Below, in pieces: positions 12,003-24,186 of a stretch of 35,087 nucleotides of DNA (position 1 is the first letter of the stretch; every line of letters starts with the position of its first letter). This stretch comes from Octopus bimaculoides. Its lineage: Eukaryota. The DNA is taken from positions 23,049,226 to 23,084,312 of the forward strand of contig NC_068998.1 in NCBI RefSeq assembly GCF_001194135.2, given 5' to 3'. Both the position numbers and the translations under genes were made by a program. The notes beneath the pieces were generated by a model. The model searched no databases. It was not told where the DNA came from and saw only the letters and a program-made list of their open reading frames with translations.

Positions 12003-14819
12003 CTGAAAAAATAAAGTGCACATAACTACGAAAGCATGTATTCCACTACTCAATTCACCATAAATATGGAGATATATTTTAACAACTGTATTTCAGAATT
12101 TATTTTTTTAGTTGTTCTTATCGCTGTGCATGCGACGGTGTACAACATACCGTAGTCCAGATTACATATGCTGAATCTTATCTTAATACATGCATGATAC
12201 ATCTTCCTTATTAAGGTATTAGTTTCTGCGCACTATAATATGCAATGTGTCATCATTCAAGACATTCTGATTCAAGGGAGATTATATTTCACTATTTCTA
12301 TCCCGTCGTGAAAACAAATAGTGAACACTCCGTTGGCTCCATCTATCAAACGTTGTGTAAGGTTATCTTGAAGCTCAGTCTATCAAATATTGTGTAGTGT
12401 TGTCACGAAGATTGATGTTCATATACACGTGCGTGAATGACCGATGGAAAAAGAGGAAAGGGGATAGTAGTAGACATTCAAACTGAGATGTGAGAGAAGA
12501 GTATATATATATATATATATATATATATNNNNNNNNNNNNNNNNNNNNNNNNNNNNNNNNNNNNNNNNNNNNNNNNNNNNNNNNNNNNNNNNNNNNNNNN
12601 NNNNNNNNNNNNNNNNNNNNNNNNNNNNNNNNNNNNNNNNNNNNNNNNNNNNNNNNNNNNNNNNNNNNNNNNNNNNNNNNNNNNNNNNNNNNNNNNNNNN
12701 NNNNNNNNNNNNNNNNNNNATATATATTACTCTATATGCACATATATCAGTGTTGGGATGAATATAACTTCAAATCACCAGGCCTGCAAGCGTTTGGCAA
12801 TACTAGGTAAATTAAGCAGCCTACTCAATTATCTACACTTCAGATCGCATTACAGCCAGCAGTGTGCAACAGACTGTCTGTCACAGATATGTAAGAAATG
12901 TATCAAGAGAACGATTTAACCAAACTGGGACCCATACAATATTGTATTTCTGCATTGTTTTTCAGACATCTCACAAGATTTCCATGCATTAAGAAAAGAT
13001 ATTTGAGATTGTGACTTATATAAAACAATCAATATTCTTTACATAGATGTGATGTTAGTAATGATGTTTATCTTGTGTATAGACCACAAGTAAGAATAGA
13101 AAATAAACATTTTAATATGCCAGCCACATTCATTGAGACTGAAGATCACTATAATTATTATCCACATAATCATCGAGGGAGGTAAATTACAACATAGCAA
13201 TCGACATGCGCGCGCACAGACAGAGACACACAGGCACAAACATGATTTTTCTTAAAAGTAGAAATAGACAAAAAGAGGTCTTATAACACTTAATTGTTCT
13301 CTATATAGCGTTTTATACTTTTTTTCTTACAATCGGACCATGAGCATAGAATTGGAATATATAGTCCACTCTTTTGTCTATTTCTTATTTCTGAATCTGT
13401 TTATTTTGATTATAATTATATTTTGTCTGCCATTATAATGATGGTTGTAGTTTTGTCTGTAAATGGCTGAAAACAAAACACTGCATTTTGTATACATTCT
13501 CATAATTTCTGAAATGACTTTCAGGTAGAACGAAGGACTTATGTAAATAATCATCTGAGAAGGCACATTTTACGCATTACTGGGACAATAATGATTACGT
13601 ATCATCTCACCAATTTACTACGAGTATGAATGTATGTCGGGACAATTGTAGTGATTTTAAATAACCAATGACTTTCTTTCTACTTTCTATATTATCAAAT
13701 ATATAAACGTTGCGGACACTGTGGAAGTCCCGAAGTACCTCAACTAGCAAGAGGGAAACCCTTGAACGAGAGCACCATGTAGCCAGTAACTGAGGACGAC
13801 CTAAACATAACATAAGGCAAGTGTTTTATCCGAATATATATNNNNNNNNNNNNNNNNNNNNNNNNNNNNNNNNNNNNNNNNNNNNNNNNNNNNNNNNNNN
13901 NNNNNNNNNNNNNNNNNNNNNNNNNNNNNNNNNNNNNNNNNNNNNNNNNNNNNNNNNNNNNNNNNNNNNNNNNNNNNNNNNNNNNNNNNNNNNNNNNNNN
14001 NNNNNNNNNNNNNNNNNNNNNNNNNNNNNNNNNNNNNNNNNNNNNNNNNNNNNNNNNNNNNNNNNNNNNNNNNNNNNNNNNNNNNNNNNNNNNNNNNNNN
14101 NNNNNNNNNNNNNNNNNNNNNNNNNNNNNNNNNNNNNNNNNNNNNNNNNNNNNNNNNNNNNNNNNNNNNNNNNNNNNNNNNNNNNNNNNNNNNNNNNNNN
14201 NNNNNNNNNNNNNNNNNNNNNNNNNNNNNNNNNNNNNNNNNNNNNNNNNNNNNNNNNNNNNNNNNNNNNNNNNNNNNNNNNNNNNNNNNNNNNNNNNNNN
14301 NNNNNNNNNNNNNNNNNNNNNNNNNNNNNNNNNNNNNNNNNNNNNNNNNNNNNNNNNNNNNNNNNNNNNNNNNNNNNNNNNNNNNNNNNNNNNNNNNNNN
14401 NNNNNNNNNNNNNNNNNNNNNNNNNNNNNNNNNNNNNNNNNNNNNNNNNNNNNNNNNNNNNNNNNNNNNNNNNNNNNNNNNNNNNNNNNNNNNNNNNNNN
14501 NNNNNNNNNNNNNNNNNNNNNNNATATATATATATATATAATTTCTTTAAATAGAAATGAAATTGAAAAAATAACGGAAAATATGTCGAAGTTTGCGAGA
14601 CAATAACTCAGTGCTGGACCTAAGAAGAATATGAGATCTTTCCTCTCCGCATAATTTGCATTTATAGAGCCGTTAGCATATGGCTTCGATTTCTTTACTA
14701 TTATCCATATGATTTATAAGAGATGTGGAGCTGCTATTAAAATAGCATACGTGACTAGCCAATTAAGTTTCACTACTTTTATCAACGTGCCGGAAACAAA
14801 ATATGTAGTTTGCATGACA

Positions 14820-15420
14820 TCCGTTGAATTCCCTGTCACATAATCGAATGTAATTCTTTTCAATCGATTTATCTTTTAGCGTAGCTTTAGTCTCTTATAT
14901 TACGGACTTTATCATACACGTCTGATCCAGTGGTGAAATTTCAGTGTCTCGTCTGTTACAACTGGGAATAGGTTGCATGTGATGTTTATGAGTTATGATG
15001 TTCTTCATTTCTGGGAAGCAGGGGTGTGATATTTTGATAGAGCGTCGGTTGATAAATCTCTTCCATTTATGATATATTTGGAAGTGTTTATCTGAAGGAA
15101 GCAGTAAGTTATTGTCTACGTCAGAGTTGTAATATATTTTATCATTGAAGCGAGGCGCAGGCTGGAATGTTATAATAGTTTTCTCCATGCTAAGGCCAAT
15201 TCCAAATGCATTGCAAGATGCAGGAATCTGATGCATGAGAGGTCGCAAACCTCAGCCGTATGTTCAACTAAGTAACAATTATCTGCTGCAGTATCTGTGT
15301 ATCGTACCTCAATGCTCATCTCGTTTATTTGCTGATGTGAGATATTGACAGGCATCTTGTAAGTGTCCTTGAAGGATCCCAACAGATCTGTCTGAAACGC
15401 GCACGTTCTGGCTATTTGAC
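14820..15420 (-). mobile_element. RTE-clade (BovB-like) LINE RT fragment
   Basis: ORFs 15170-15382 and 14895-15248: LLGSFKD...VRYTDTAADNCYLVEHT (degenerate ADDC motif) then LMHQIPASCNAFGIGLSMEKTIITFQPAP, matching the RTE pattern LM..F..AC..FGL.IS.KKT.VM.QPAP. Confidence 0.8.
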
Positions 15421-15896
15421 TGGTCCTTGCTAGTTTCAGGTGCAGAGGCCTTGGTTAGGCGCCGACAACCTGAAAACTGAGGTGATGGTGCACAAAGAAA
15501 AAAAGAAAAACGTTTACACTGGGCAATACAATTTGTTCAGATGGATGCCATTCTGTGTGTGTGTGTGTCTGTGTGTTAATAGTTTATATATACATACGCA
15601 AATTTACATGCAAGTGTCTCCTGAATGAACTCATATAGCAATTACTTAAAGCTCACCAACCACCACTGATATAATGGTACNNNNNNNNNNNNNNNNNNNN
15701 NNNNNNNNNNNNNNNNNNNNNNNNNNNNNNNNNNNNNNNNNNNNNNNNNNNNNNNNNNNNNNNNNNNNNNNNNNNNNNNNNNNNNNNNNNNNNNNNNNNN
15801 NNNNNNNNNNNNNNNNNNNNNNNNNNNNNNNNNNNNNNNNNNNNNNNNNNNNNNNNNNNNNNNNNNNNNNNNNNNNNNNNNNNNNNNNNNNNNNNN

Positions 15897-15935
<39 letters not shown>

Positions 15936-16461
15936 ATATTAATGAAACCTATTTATAACGGAAAATATCCCTTAATGAGCATCACATTCCACATTATTTG
16001 ATGCGTTTAATAAGACTCGTATCGATGCGAATGTGTGATTTCCTCACCTGCACCACCTTCGATATCAACACTACTATACACTTGCCTATGTATACCTTTA
16101 ATGCCCTGGGTATGGGATTAAGTTGCATCCTATGGTGAGATTTAGTTCAGGAGTTCACGATTTGTAGGGAGCGCGGAGTTGCACCATAATTACGATTACT
16201 CCCTCTTACCCAGAATGATAGTTCTTGCGAGTGTCCCATCTATGAGTTCCATAGCTTTCCCTAGCATAGGGGAGGCATCAGTTATTTCTGGCTCATCCCT
16301 GGGAAACCTGCTCATAACGTTTCAGATCCCATCTTACCCCATCTTATTGTCAAAGTAACGCGTGCTGTGTGAGGTGATTTTACTTGTAATACCTGCGAGT
16401 AATGATCTCTCTTATTCACATTATTTACAGTTGACAGATACTTGTCCTCATCTTGTTTGTT

Positions 16462-16507
16462 AACACAACGTTTCAGCTAATATACCCTCCAGCCTTCCTC
16501 GGGTGTC
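16462..16507 (-). ncRNA. Second minimal type-I hammerhead motif on the opposite strand, core mutated
   Basis: Minus strand reads GACAC-CCGAGGA-A-GGCTG/GAGGGTATAT/TAGCT-GAAAC-GTT-GTGTT. Stems I and II pair (with G-U) and the palindromic ACGT stem III is intact, but CUGANGA has become CCGAGGA. Confidence 0.6.
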
Positions 16508-16565
16508 TTGGGCAAATTTCGAAAACTACCTTAGGAATGTGAACCCAGGTTCGAAATTTCTCAAA

Positions 16566-16611
16566 GACACCTGATGAAGACTGGAGGGTATATCAGCCGA
16601 AACCTAGTGTT
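16566..16611 (+). ncRNA. Minimal type-I hammerhead ribozyme motif (PLE-type), probably impaired in stem III
   Basis: GACAC (stem I) - CTGATGA core 16571-16577 - A - GACTG/GAGGGTATAT/CAGCC (stem II, one mismatch) - GAAAC 16599-16603 - CTA - GTGTT (stem I'). The triplet reads CUA rather than GUH. Confidence 0.65.
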
Positions 16612-17922
16612 GACAACAAATAAGATGAGGGCAAATACCTGTCAATTGTAAATAATGGAAATAATGTACGTATTTCCTCATCTCTTAAATATAGAACTGA
16701 ATGATCACTGTTCTATTGTGTGTATCGCATATCTTCGTGTTTTGTTGCCCGTGTTTCCTCACGGAAATGTGACTTCCGTCTCCAGTGTGAGTTCCTTAGT
16801 GAAAGCGAACATATTTTTTTCTCTTTGTCTGCTTCTGCAATTTTAGTAATACTTAGAAACACAAACACAGTGACATCTTGCCTCACTATTAGCGAATATA
16901 ATAATTTCATTTCTAGTTAACGTGGAATATGAAAACAATTGTGCAGTTGGTCGATTAAAATCACCTTTGCATTTTATCACACTGAGGGTGAAAAAATAAT
17001 ATACCAGATAACTGCTGAGTTACATCTAATTCAGTCCCACCCTTGCTTTAAAACTGTGAACCACCTGCTGAAATTAGAAACGATATTACATGTTACACCA
17101 TTTATTTCCGTTCCTCTTCTGTTTCATGATTATGTTTCGTCAGACAGTTTCACAGATATTTTTAGTTCATAAAATTTTCATATATTAAATTTGTATAGTC
17201 AAAACATATAGTATTTATATCAGAAACTTAGTGAAGGTTGAATTTATACAATCTTTCAATGCGAAAAGACTGAAAAAATAGTATAATGATTCCATGAGTA
17301 TTTGATTTGTCTCAAGCACAAGTGTAATTTCATTTCATGACTGATACACTTTATACATTCTTATAGAGCATCTTGATATTTCGAAATAGTTGTCTCAACA
17401 GGTTTTGCCGTCATAATTATGGCGATAATTCTGATGATATTTAGCAGCCTAACAATAATGTTTCATCACCTGAAAACTATCGGAAATTGAATTGACAACA
17501 TGACACCTTCTTGTGACATATTTTATACAAATGAAGTCGATTCAGTTGAAATAATTATTGAGATTATTGAGATTCCCTTCATCAAATATTTTATACATTG
17601 ATACGGAATGTCAGAAATATATATATATATATATAAATACGAAATTAGTGTACATTTAAACACAAAAGAGGTGATCTTAACAGGACGCGTTACATGCTAG
17701 AAGTCAAAGTCCAAACCATAGTTAAGAACAACTTCGAAGGGAATGAAAAATAAAAAAATAAATAAGTGGCAATTATAGCGGTGAGTGTGTTAAATTATAA
17801 TGCACCAAAAGCGAATGACTCTCCCCAGACACAACAGAAAATGCTTCAACACACGAACTCGCATAAAGAATCTTGGAAACCAAATCCAAAAGCGAAAGAA
17901 AAATAAGAACATTTACCATATT

Positions 17923-18000
17923 TTTCTGCCAGACCTACGTTTCGAAATTTTAATTAGCAATATAAAATAATTTACCGGGCGAAATTTTCATCAGCAGAAA
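17923..18000 (-). ncRNA. Degenerate hammerhead-like motif
   Basis: Minus: TTTCTG-CTGATGA-AAATTT...AAATTT-C-GAAAC-GTA-GGTCTGG-CAGAAA. Core, GAAAC-GUA and a 6-bp stem II are present; stem I pairs only across a 7-nt bulge. Confidence 0.4.
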
Positions 18001-18027
18001 CATAACTATGAGACAAAATGGCCAATC

Positions 18028-18256
18028 TAAGCATTGAGAGTGGATTTGTTAGACGGAAACTGAAACAAACCAGTCGGATAAGTACATCTGAACGTATACA
18101 GCAGATATGTATTTATATGTGTTTATATTCCTGTAACCAGCGTTCTGGCAAAATGGACAGATGGGAGGAGTACTAGGCTTACAAAGAATAAGTCCGAGGG
18201 TCAATCTGTTTGGATAAAGATGGTGCTTCAGCATGGCTGCAAGTAAAAGAGTAAAA
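18028..18256 (+). mobile_element. tRNA-derived SINE (octopus-type family A), 5'-truncated
   Basis: GAGTGGATTTGTTAGACGGAAACTGAAA matches the copy at 32961-33102; AGTACTAGGCTTACAAAGAATAAGTCC and the AAGTAAAAGAGTAAAA tail parallel the copy at 24187-24552. Confidence 0.75.
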
Positions 18257-18305
18257 TAATATATATATATATATATACTTGTGCATGAAGAAACATACAT
18301 GTATA

Positions 18306-18408
<103 letters not shown>

Positions 18409-19542
18409 GTGTGTATGCGTGTCTGTGTGTGCGAATGTATATCTATTTATATAAACGTTTACAAGTATACATGCATACATATGCATACGTTTATATATGT
18501 GTATATATTTATATACACGCGTGCGTGTGTGTGTGTGTGTGTGTGTGAGAGAGTATCGGCTGGTTTCTCTCAATGTTTTCAAAATTTATCATATATATTT
18601 TTTTCCTCCGGGAGATAATTCGATTTTGGTTCTGTTTTCGTTAATTAAAACTTAATATATCTTTAAATATTTATTCAAGTCTTTTATTTCTTCCTTTTAT
18701 TATTAGAAAAGTCAGAAAATAAATATATTCTGTATTTGTTCCAGCTTTTTAATCAATAATCTTGGGCAATTACCATCACTTCATAGGACATTACGTTGGG
18801 TGAATTCCAAATTTCTAAATTTTGTGTATAAGCCGTATTTATTTCTCAATTACGATGAAAATCTGAGGGAAAAATACTGACTTTCTGGTATAGTTAATGT
18901 TAATAAAAAATCGTTTTTTATGCATTGATTTAAACAGTCGTACATTGATACAGAATGCAAGGATTATATTCCACATCTTCTCCAGGTTTACAGTCAAGTT
19001 TCAACCAATTAGAGTATTCAACTCCATCTGGTTTTACAGAAACACATTATCTGTTTTTCAATCATTCAACAAGTATGATGCTTCTTCTCGTTATCCATCA
19101 GATTGTTAATGAATATTTCGTATGAATTGTACATTTTGGTAATGATATTTTAATATCATTTACTGCTTTATTGTCTATTAATGTCTACAGAAAAATTGCC
19201 TTCTTATACAGTAACTGTGCTGCCAATTTAGAAATCTAGTATGTCTTTCTATTTTGTACGGTGAATACGATATCGCCAATGATTACCTGCCAATATATGC
19301 ACAGTAACATTAATAACACAATTAATGTAATATGTCTTCGTGCTTAACGACACACATGTTCATCCTTAACGCATGGGCATTTTCGATTCCCCATCTACTT
19401 GAAATCAAATATCGGCTGGTATTCTTTTCATTAGAGTTGTCACTAGTAGTAAATAGTTTTCTTTTCAGTGCGGGCGTATTTTAAAAATCATTCATAAAGT
19501 GTTACTCTCACTTCGTACCGATATTACACGAAAGTTATAGTT

Positions 19543-19588
<46 letters not shown>

Positions 19589-20208
19589 ATATACACGTGT
19601 ATATATATATATTAAATGTTTGTGTTTATGTATATAAAACACTAACACACGCTTCAGCCCCCCCCCCNNNNNNNNNNNNNNNNNNNNNNNNNNNNCCCCC
19701 CCAATTTTCTCACTTGTTTGTAAAATGTGTTCGCTACATAAATTATCTTCGTCTACAGAGAATAATGATTATCAGTAAATCAGCAAAATTACTCTCAACA
19801 ACATGAAAGAAGTCCCTTGTCGGAAAAGGAGTTGTTCTATTTACATTCACATAACATTCAAATCTGACACGTTATCCCTGCTGCATATGTGTCATAATGT
19901 CCTTTAATGTAGCATTTGCATACCTTTATCTGGTGCAGTTGTAGTACATATTGATAGAGGGTAGTTGTGTTCAATGTGTTATCCATGAATATGTGTGTGT
20001 GAAGCGGACTGAGCAATCCAGAGTTACATAGTCCCCCTGAAAGTATATATTGGATGAGGGACGAAAAATCTACAACAATCAAGCAAATTGCATAGTTCTG
20101 AAATCGAAAGCATAGATATTATTATGTTATTATGGTTGTACATCTTCCTAGATGATACACTTTATTTAACTTTTACAAAGTTGTCTTAAATTCAATTATT
20201 CATTTCAG

Positions 20209-20274
20209 TCTTACTATACAAACGTAAAAAATGCTTACATTAATGCCATCAATGTCGGAGAGTGTAACCGTTGG
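20209..20274 (+). CDS. Candidate 66-nt phase 0-0 exon (SYYTNVKNAYINAINVGECNRW), gene unknown
   Basis: ttattcatttcag|TCT...TGG|gtaagc; only one of three frames is open; length divisible by 3. Confidence 0.38.
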
Positions 20275-21876
20275 GTAAGCATAGAAACTCCTCCTTTCGC
20301 CAAAAAATGGATTTCATAGTTGAATGTTTTAGAAATGCATATTTGGAGATTCTACAAGTATCAATCCGAATTGTTGATGCTCGTTTATTCCCTGAATTGT
20401 AAAATACATTCGGTATTTATCTTAATTCACAACAATCATTTACTATAAATTCACATATAATCCCCTCACGACTACAAAACAAACACGTTAAATATGACAA
20501 TGTTAATGGGATGTTCATTGATTCAAGGCAAATCGCGATATCAAATCGACAAGTCATCTGTTTGGAGAATATAAAATTACCGAAGGCGGTGATCTGCAGC
20601 TCGATGAAATATGGAAGTTAACAAAAAGGGTTCTTTGAATGGTACCAAAATATATCATAGGTAAACGTGTGACGAAATTCTGATTGCATGAAAGACAAAT
20701 TACTAAATGCACACGTACATGATTATTGCGATTACTTACGATACAAGAAAAATGTATATGATTTAATACACTGGCCTTTATAGTAGTTACTGAAATGAGG
20801 AATTTAAAAATGTATTTGCGGTGTTGCTAAATTCTAACTAAGTTCAATATAATTATGTGATATTGAGTCAAACATCTTTATTTGGAAAGTATTTAAATAC
20901 TTATCTAAAAGAGTGCACACATTCGTTTGAGTGTTTATTTTTCTCTTTATGATATCAAGATTTCTCTTGTATAATCATTCTTTCCATGAGTGTATTCACA
21001 AGGGAACATGAGTATACACACAATAGCGTGTTAATTAATCTATGTGCGTAAAAATAGGACACGTATGCACATTACTACGCGCACAAAACACTGCAGCAAA
21101 CGTGATAGCATAATGTGGAGGCCAGGATTTAGTCACTCGGCAAATCAAATTATTTAACGAAACAAATCACAGTTGTAAAATCTGACAGTTTAATTATGAT
21201 TTACTTGCTTATTATTAAATAGATTTCTGAAAACAAAACCCTGACTTATTTGTTTCTAATTAGTATGTTTCAATGATACGTTTTCATTTGTTTGTTCAAT
21301 TATAGATTATCTGTTAGAATAGATGTTAGGATTGCTAGTATTAATTAAAATACATCTTTGTTCCTTTCAGCAATTAATTGATACTGTAACAATATTACAA
21401 CAGTACACACACTTCAGTCAATTATAAGGCATTAATATTCACAGTAACTATTTTTATGATAGCTAGAAGCCACTCATATAGAATGGAATTCTAGGGATAT
21501 ATTAATCCTGTTTCTTTTACATCACAACGTACATCATAAAATGATTAATGCCACCTTTCTTGTTTTTCTTAACACAGAAGATACGTCGGCAGCAAATTAT
21601 CTTTGTGTTCAATAGCATCGAAACGGAATATAGAACAACTAAAAACTATTACCTCCTTACAGCTGTGATGACATGATATAGCTTAAAGGATATTTGTGTA
21701 ACAATTGCTTGCTTTCCTTTTCTTTAAATGACATTGTCATGCATACGCATAATGCTCATGTGCACAATTTCCATATTGTATTCGAAAGTATGATTTTGAA
21801 GACTGCTACGCTCACACCGCATCAACTGCTATACGTCCTGTACAACAAAAGGTGTTAGATATCCTTGTTCTAAGTG

Positions 21877-21919
<43 letters not shown>

Positions 21920-22075
21920 AAAAATTTTAGAAATCTTTTACAACAAGTGGCCTAGCATGTAGAAACCAATCAATAGAAATTACCCCTAATAGTGGTTTGG
22001 ATTTTGACTACTCCTTCTAGCGTGTTAGGTGTCCTATTATGGTCATCTCTTATGTGTTTAAATGTGAAATGTATT

Positions 22076-22115
<40 letters not shown>

Positions 22116-22613
22116 GGTGTGTGTGTGTGTGTGTATATGTATATGTATATATATATATATAAAACAAGTGAAATTAATTTTTTGAGTTAGCTTATATTAT
22201 GGAGATTGGTATTTGACATGCAAAAAGATCTCTATACTGAAGGTTAAATGAATATGAAATCCGGCGAAACTTAATTAATTCATTTGGATATGTATATTAA
22301 GAATTCATTCCTTGGTGAAGTTGGCCTCTAAAATTCCATTTGTTATACATTTCTAATAAATTTCGTTAGTTTTAAATGCTGTATGTTTTTAGCCTTTACC
22401 TGGAAGCAGCTGTGTATCCGTTTTAACAATTACATTTGTCAATTTTTTACAGTATTTGTAATGCAAATGAAAATAATAGACTACTAATCAGGGTTAAGTC
22501 AATTTGTTGGAAGCGTCCTGTGACATTTCGTTGTATGTTTCTATGAATTAGATAACTGCATTCTTTTACATTTGAAAATTACTGTATAATTGCATCGGGT
22601 GATTGACTTTTAG

Positions 22614-22701
22614 TCGAAGAACTTCTAACTGTACTTAAAGTTAAAGGCCAGTTCCGATGTGACAAGTATACATTGAAAGGCTTTACAGCTAAAACCTTCC
22701 C
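22614..22701 (+). CDS. Candidate 88-nt exon (xEELLTVLKVKGQFRCDKYTLKGFTAKTFP), gene unknown
   Basis: gattgacttttag|TC...CCC|gtgagt; open frame, phase 1 to 2. Confidence 0.3.
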
Positions 22702-23911
22702 GTGAGTTTACTAACATAGTGTATCTAGTCTTCACTATTCGATATGATTCATTACCTTCTAGGATAGAATGTTATTTAATGGGGATATCATGACTATATC
22801 CATGGAAGTGTGCAAATTTGTACAAATCCATTTGCACATATCCAACATCTGTGCTCCGATACGTAGCACACGAAGTTTTCATCACACCACTTATGTATCA
22901 ACAATCACAAATCAATATTGTCCAAAGCATATACAAGCCCTTATCATATAACGGCAAGTTTTCTTTGAAGTTAGGGTTTGCTATAAATATAGTGGTAGAA
23001 CATATAGCTTTAAAAGCATAGCAAGTAATCGAATCATAGATATAGGTGTTAACATTAATCCACTAGCATATATTTTTCTGGACAGAAAGCCTGACATATC
23101 GAATTCAGTACAAGATGGGGAATCATCATACCACCTAGAGAACGCTCTAAGGCTAATTGAATACGATTCGAATGGAGATCAGAAATAATTTAATATTGAG
23201 AAATGTTGTGCGACTGTCATTTTAACTTTGCCGTTCTACGTTGCAACAGAAATTCGGATATTAGTCATTCACATTTGTATTCACTCAAATGTATACAAAT
23301 TCATGAACACACCTATTCCTACACGGCTTTCATGTTTCGAAAATCACCCCTAAAATTCTGTTGTGCACTGAGTACAAACAGACGCACAAACACACACACA
23401 AATATGCATTTATGCATGTGTTTCTCTCTGTTTGTATGTAATTGTGTATCTATTTACGTATGTTTCAATGAGTATAAGAAATAATATATGAAAACTAATG
23501 GAGTATTTGTACTGTAAGTTCCTATAACAAGTAAACGTGATAAACCTATTGCAGAAGATATGACAAAACAACTTAATGTGTGGCTGAACATCGTCCCTTT
23601 TATACTGCATTCTTACTTAAGTAAGATAAATGTAGATTTAATGTAAGCATATAAGCAAGATATACACAGCTATGGTCAGACTGCGGTTGAATGGGGTGCC
23701 ATTAGTTCTTTGTTTTACTATTCTTGCAATTTACCTATTTAGGTTACCCTTGAGTGGCCACTGAATAGAAATAAAATATATATGTTACTAGCATTAAATC
23801 TTATCCAGCGTAATATGTCAGTTTGCAAGAAAGAAACAAATGGAAAATATGTTTCAATATATTGAATTTTGTTTTCTCACTATGGCACAATTTAATGCAT
23901 TTTCCTTCCAG

Positions 23912-23985
23912 CATAGTCTTTGTTATTGCTATCATTTTATCCCCAGTATTCATCTTAGAGTATATTAAAAAGCATCACCTCTACA
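23912..23985 (+). CDS. Candidate 74-nt exon encoding a hydrophobic, TM-like stretch (IVFVIAIILSPVFILEYIKKHHLY)
   Basis: catttttccttccag-type acceptor and TACA|gtatgt donor; phase 2 to 1, compatible with the preceding candidate. Confidence 0.28.
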
Positions 23986-24186
23986 GTATGTCTTACTTTT
24001 GTTAATCTCATCTAGTAATTCTTTTACATTTCTTTGGCCCATACTGTTTGCCACCTACTAATCATGAAATTGTGTTAGCATCCTCTTTCCAAATTATGTA
24101 TGCATGCATGCATCCCCAATCAAAAGGAGTCGGAATGTATGCTAATTCAAGAAAAGAGAAATAACATCAAAAAATAGACTTGCTAA

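Larger units (their letters stand above)
16412..16665. repeat. Imperfect palindrome: ~110-bp arms (16412-16523 and 16550-16665) around a 26-nt spacer
   Basis: Left arm TACAGTTGACAGATACTTGTCCTCATCTTGTTTG...AAATTTCGAA aligns with the reverse complement of the right arm TTCGAAATTT...CAAATAAGATGAGGGCAAATACCTGTCAATTGTA. Confidence 0.95.

Noticed and set aside
13739-13800. 62-nt minus-strand exon candidate upstream of the 12002-11941 exon
   Set aside because: Weak GTACTT donor and no recognisable peptide.
16075-16110. VYIGK on the minus strand as a GIY-YIG motif
   Set aside because: No upstream GIY/Cys motif or downstream conserved Arg/Glu; likely chance.
18930-19100. C-type-lectin-like Cys/Trp pattern on minus (CVSVKPDG...WLKLDC...C)
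   Set aside because: Short, bounded by stops, no good splice sites and motif spacing unconvincing.
19658-19700. Poly-C run as a G-quadruplex or regulatory element
   Set aside because: Interrupted by an N-gap, so true length and sequence are unknown.
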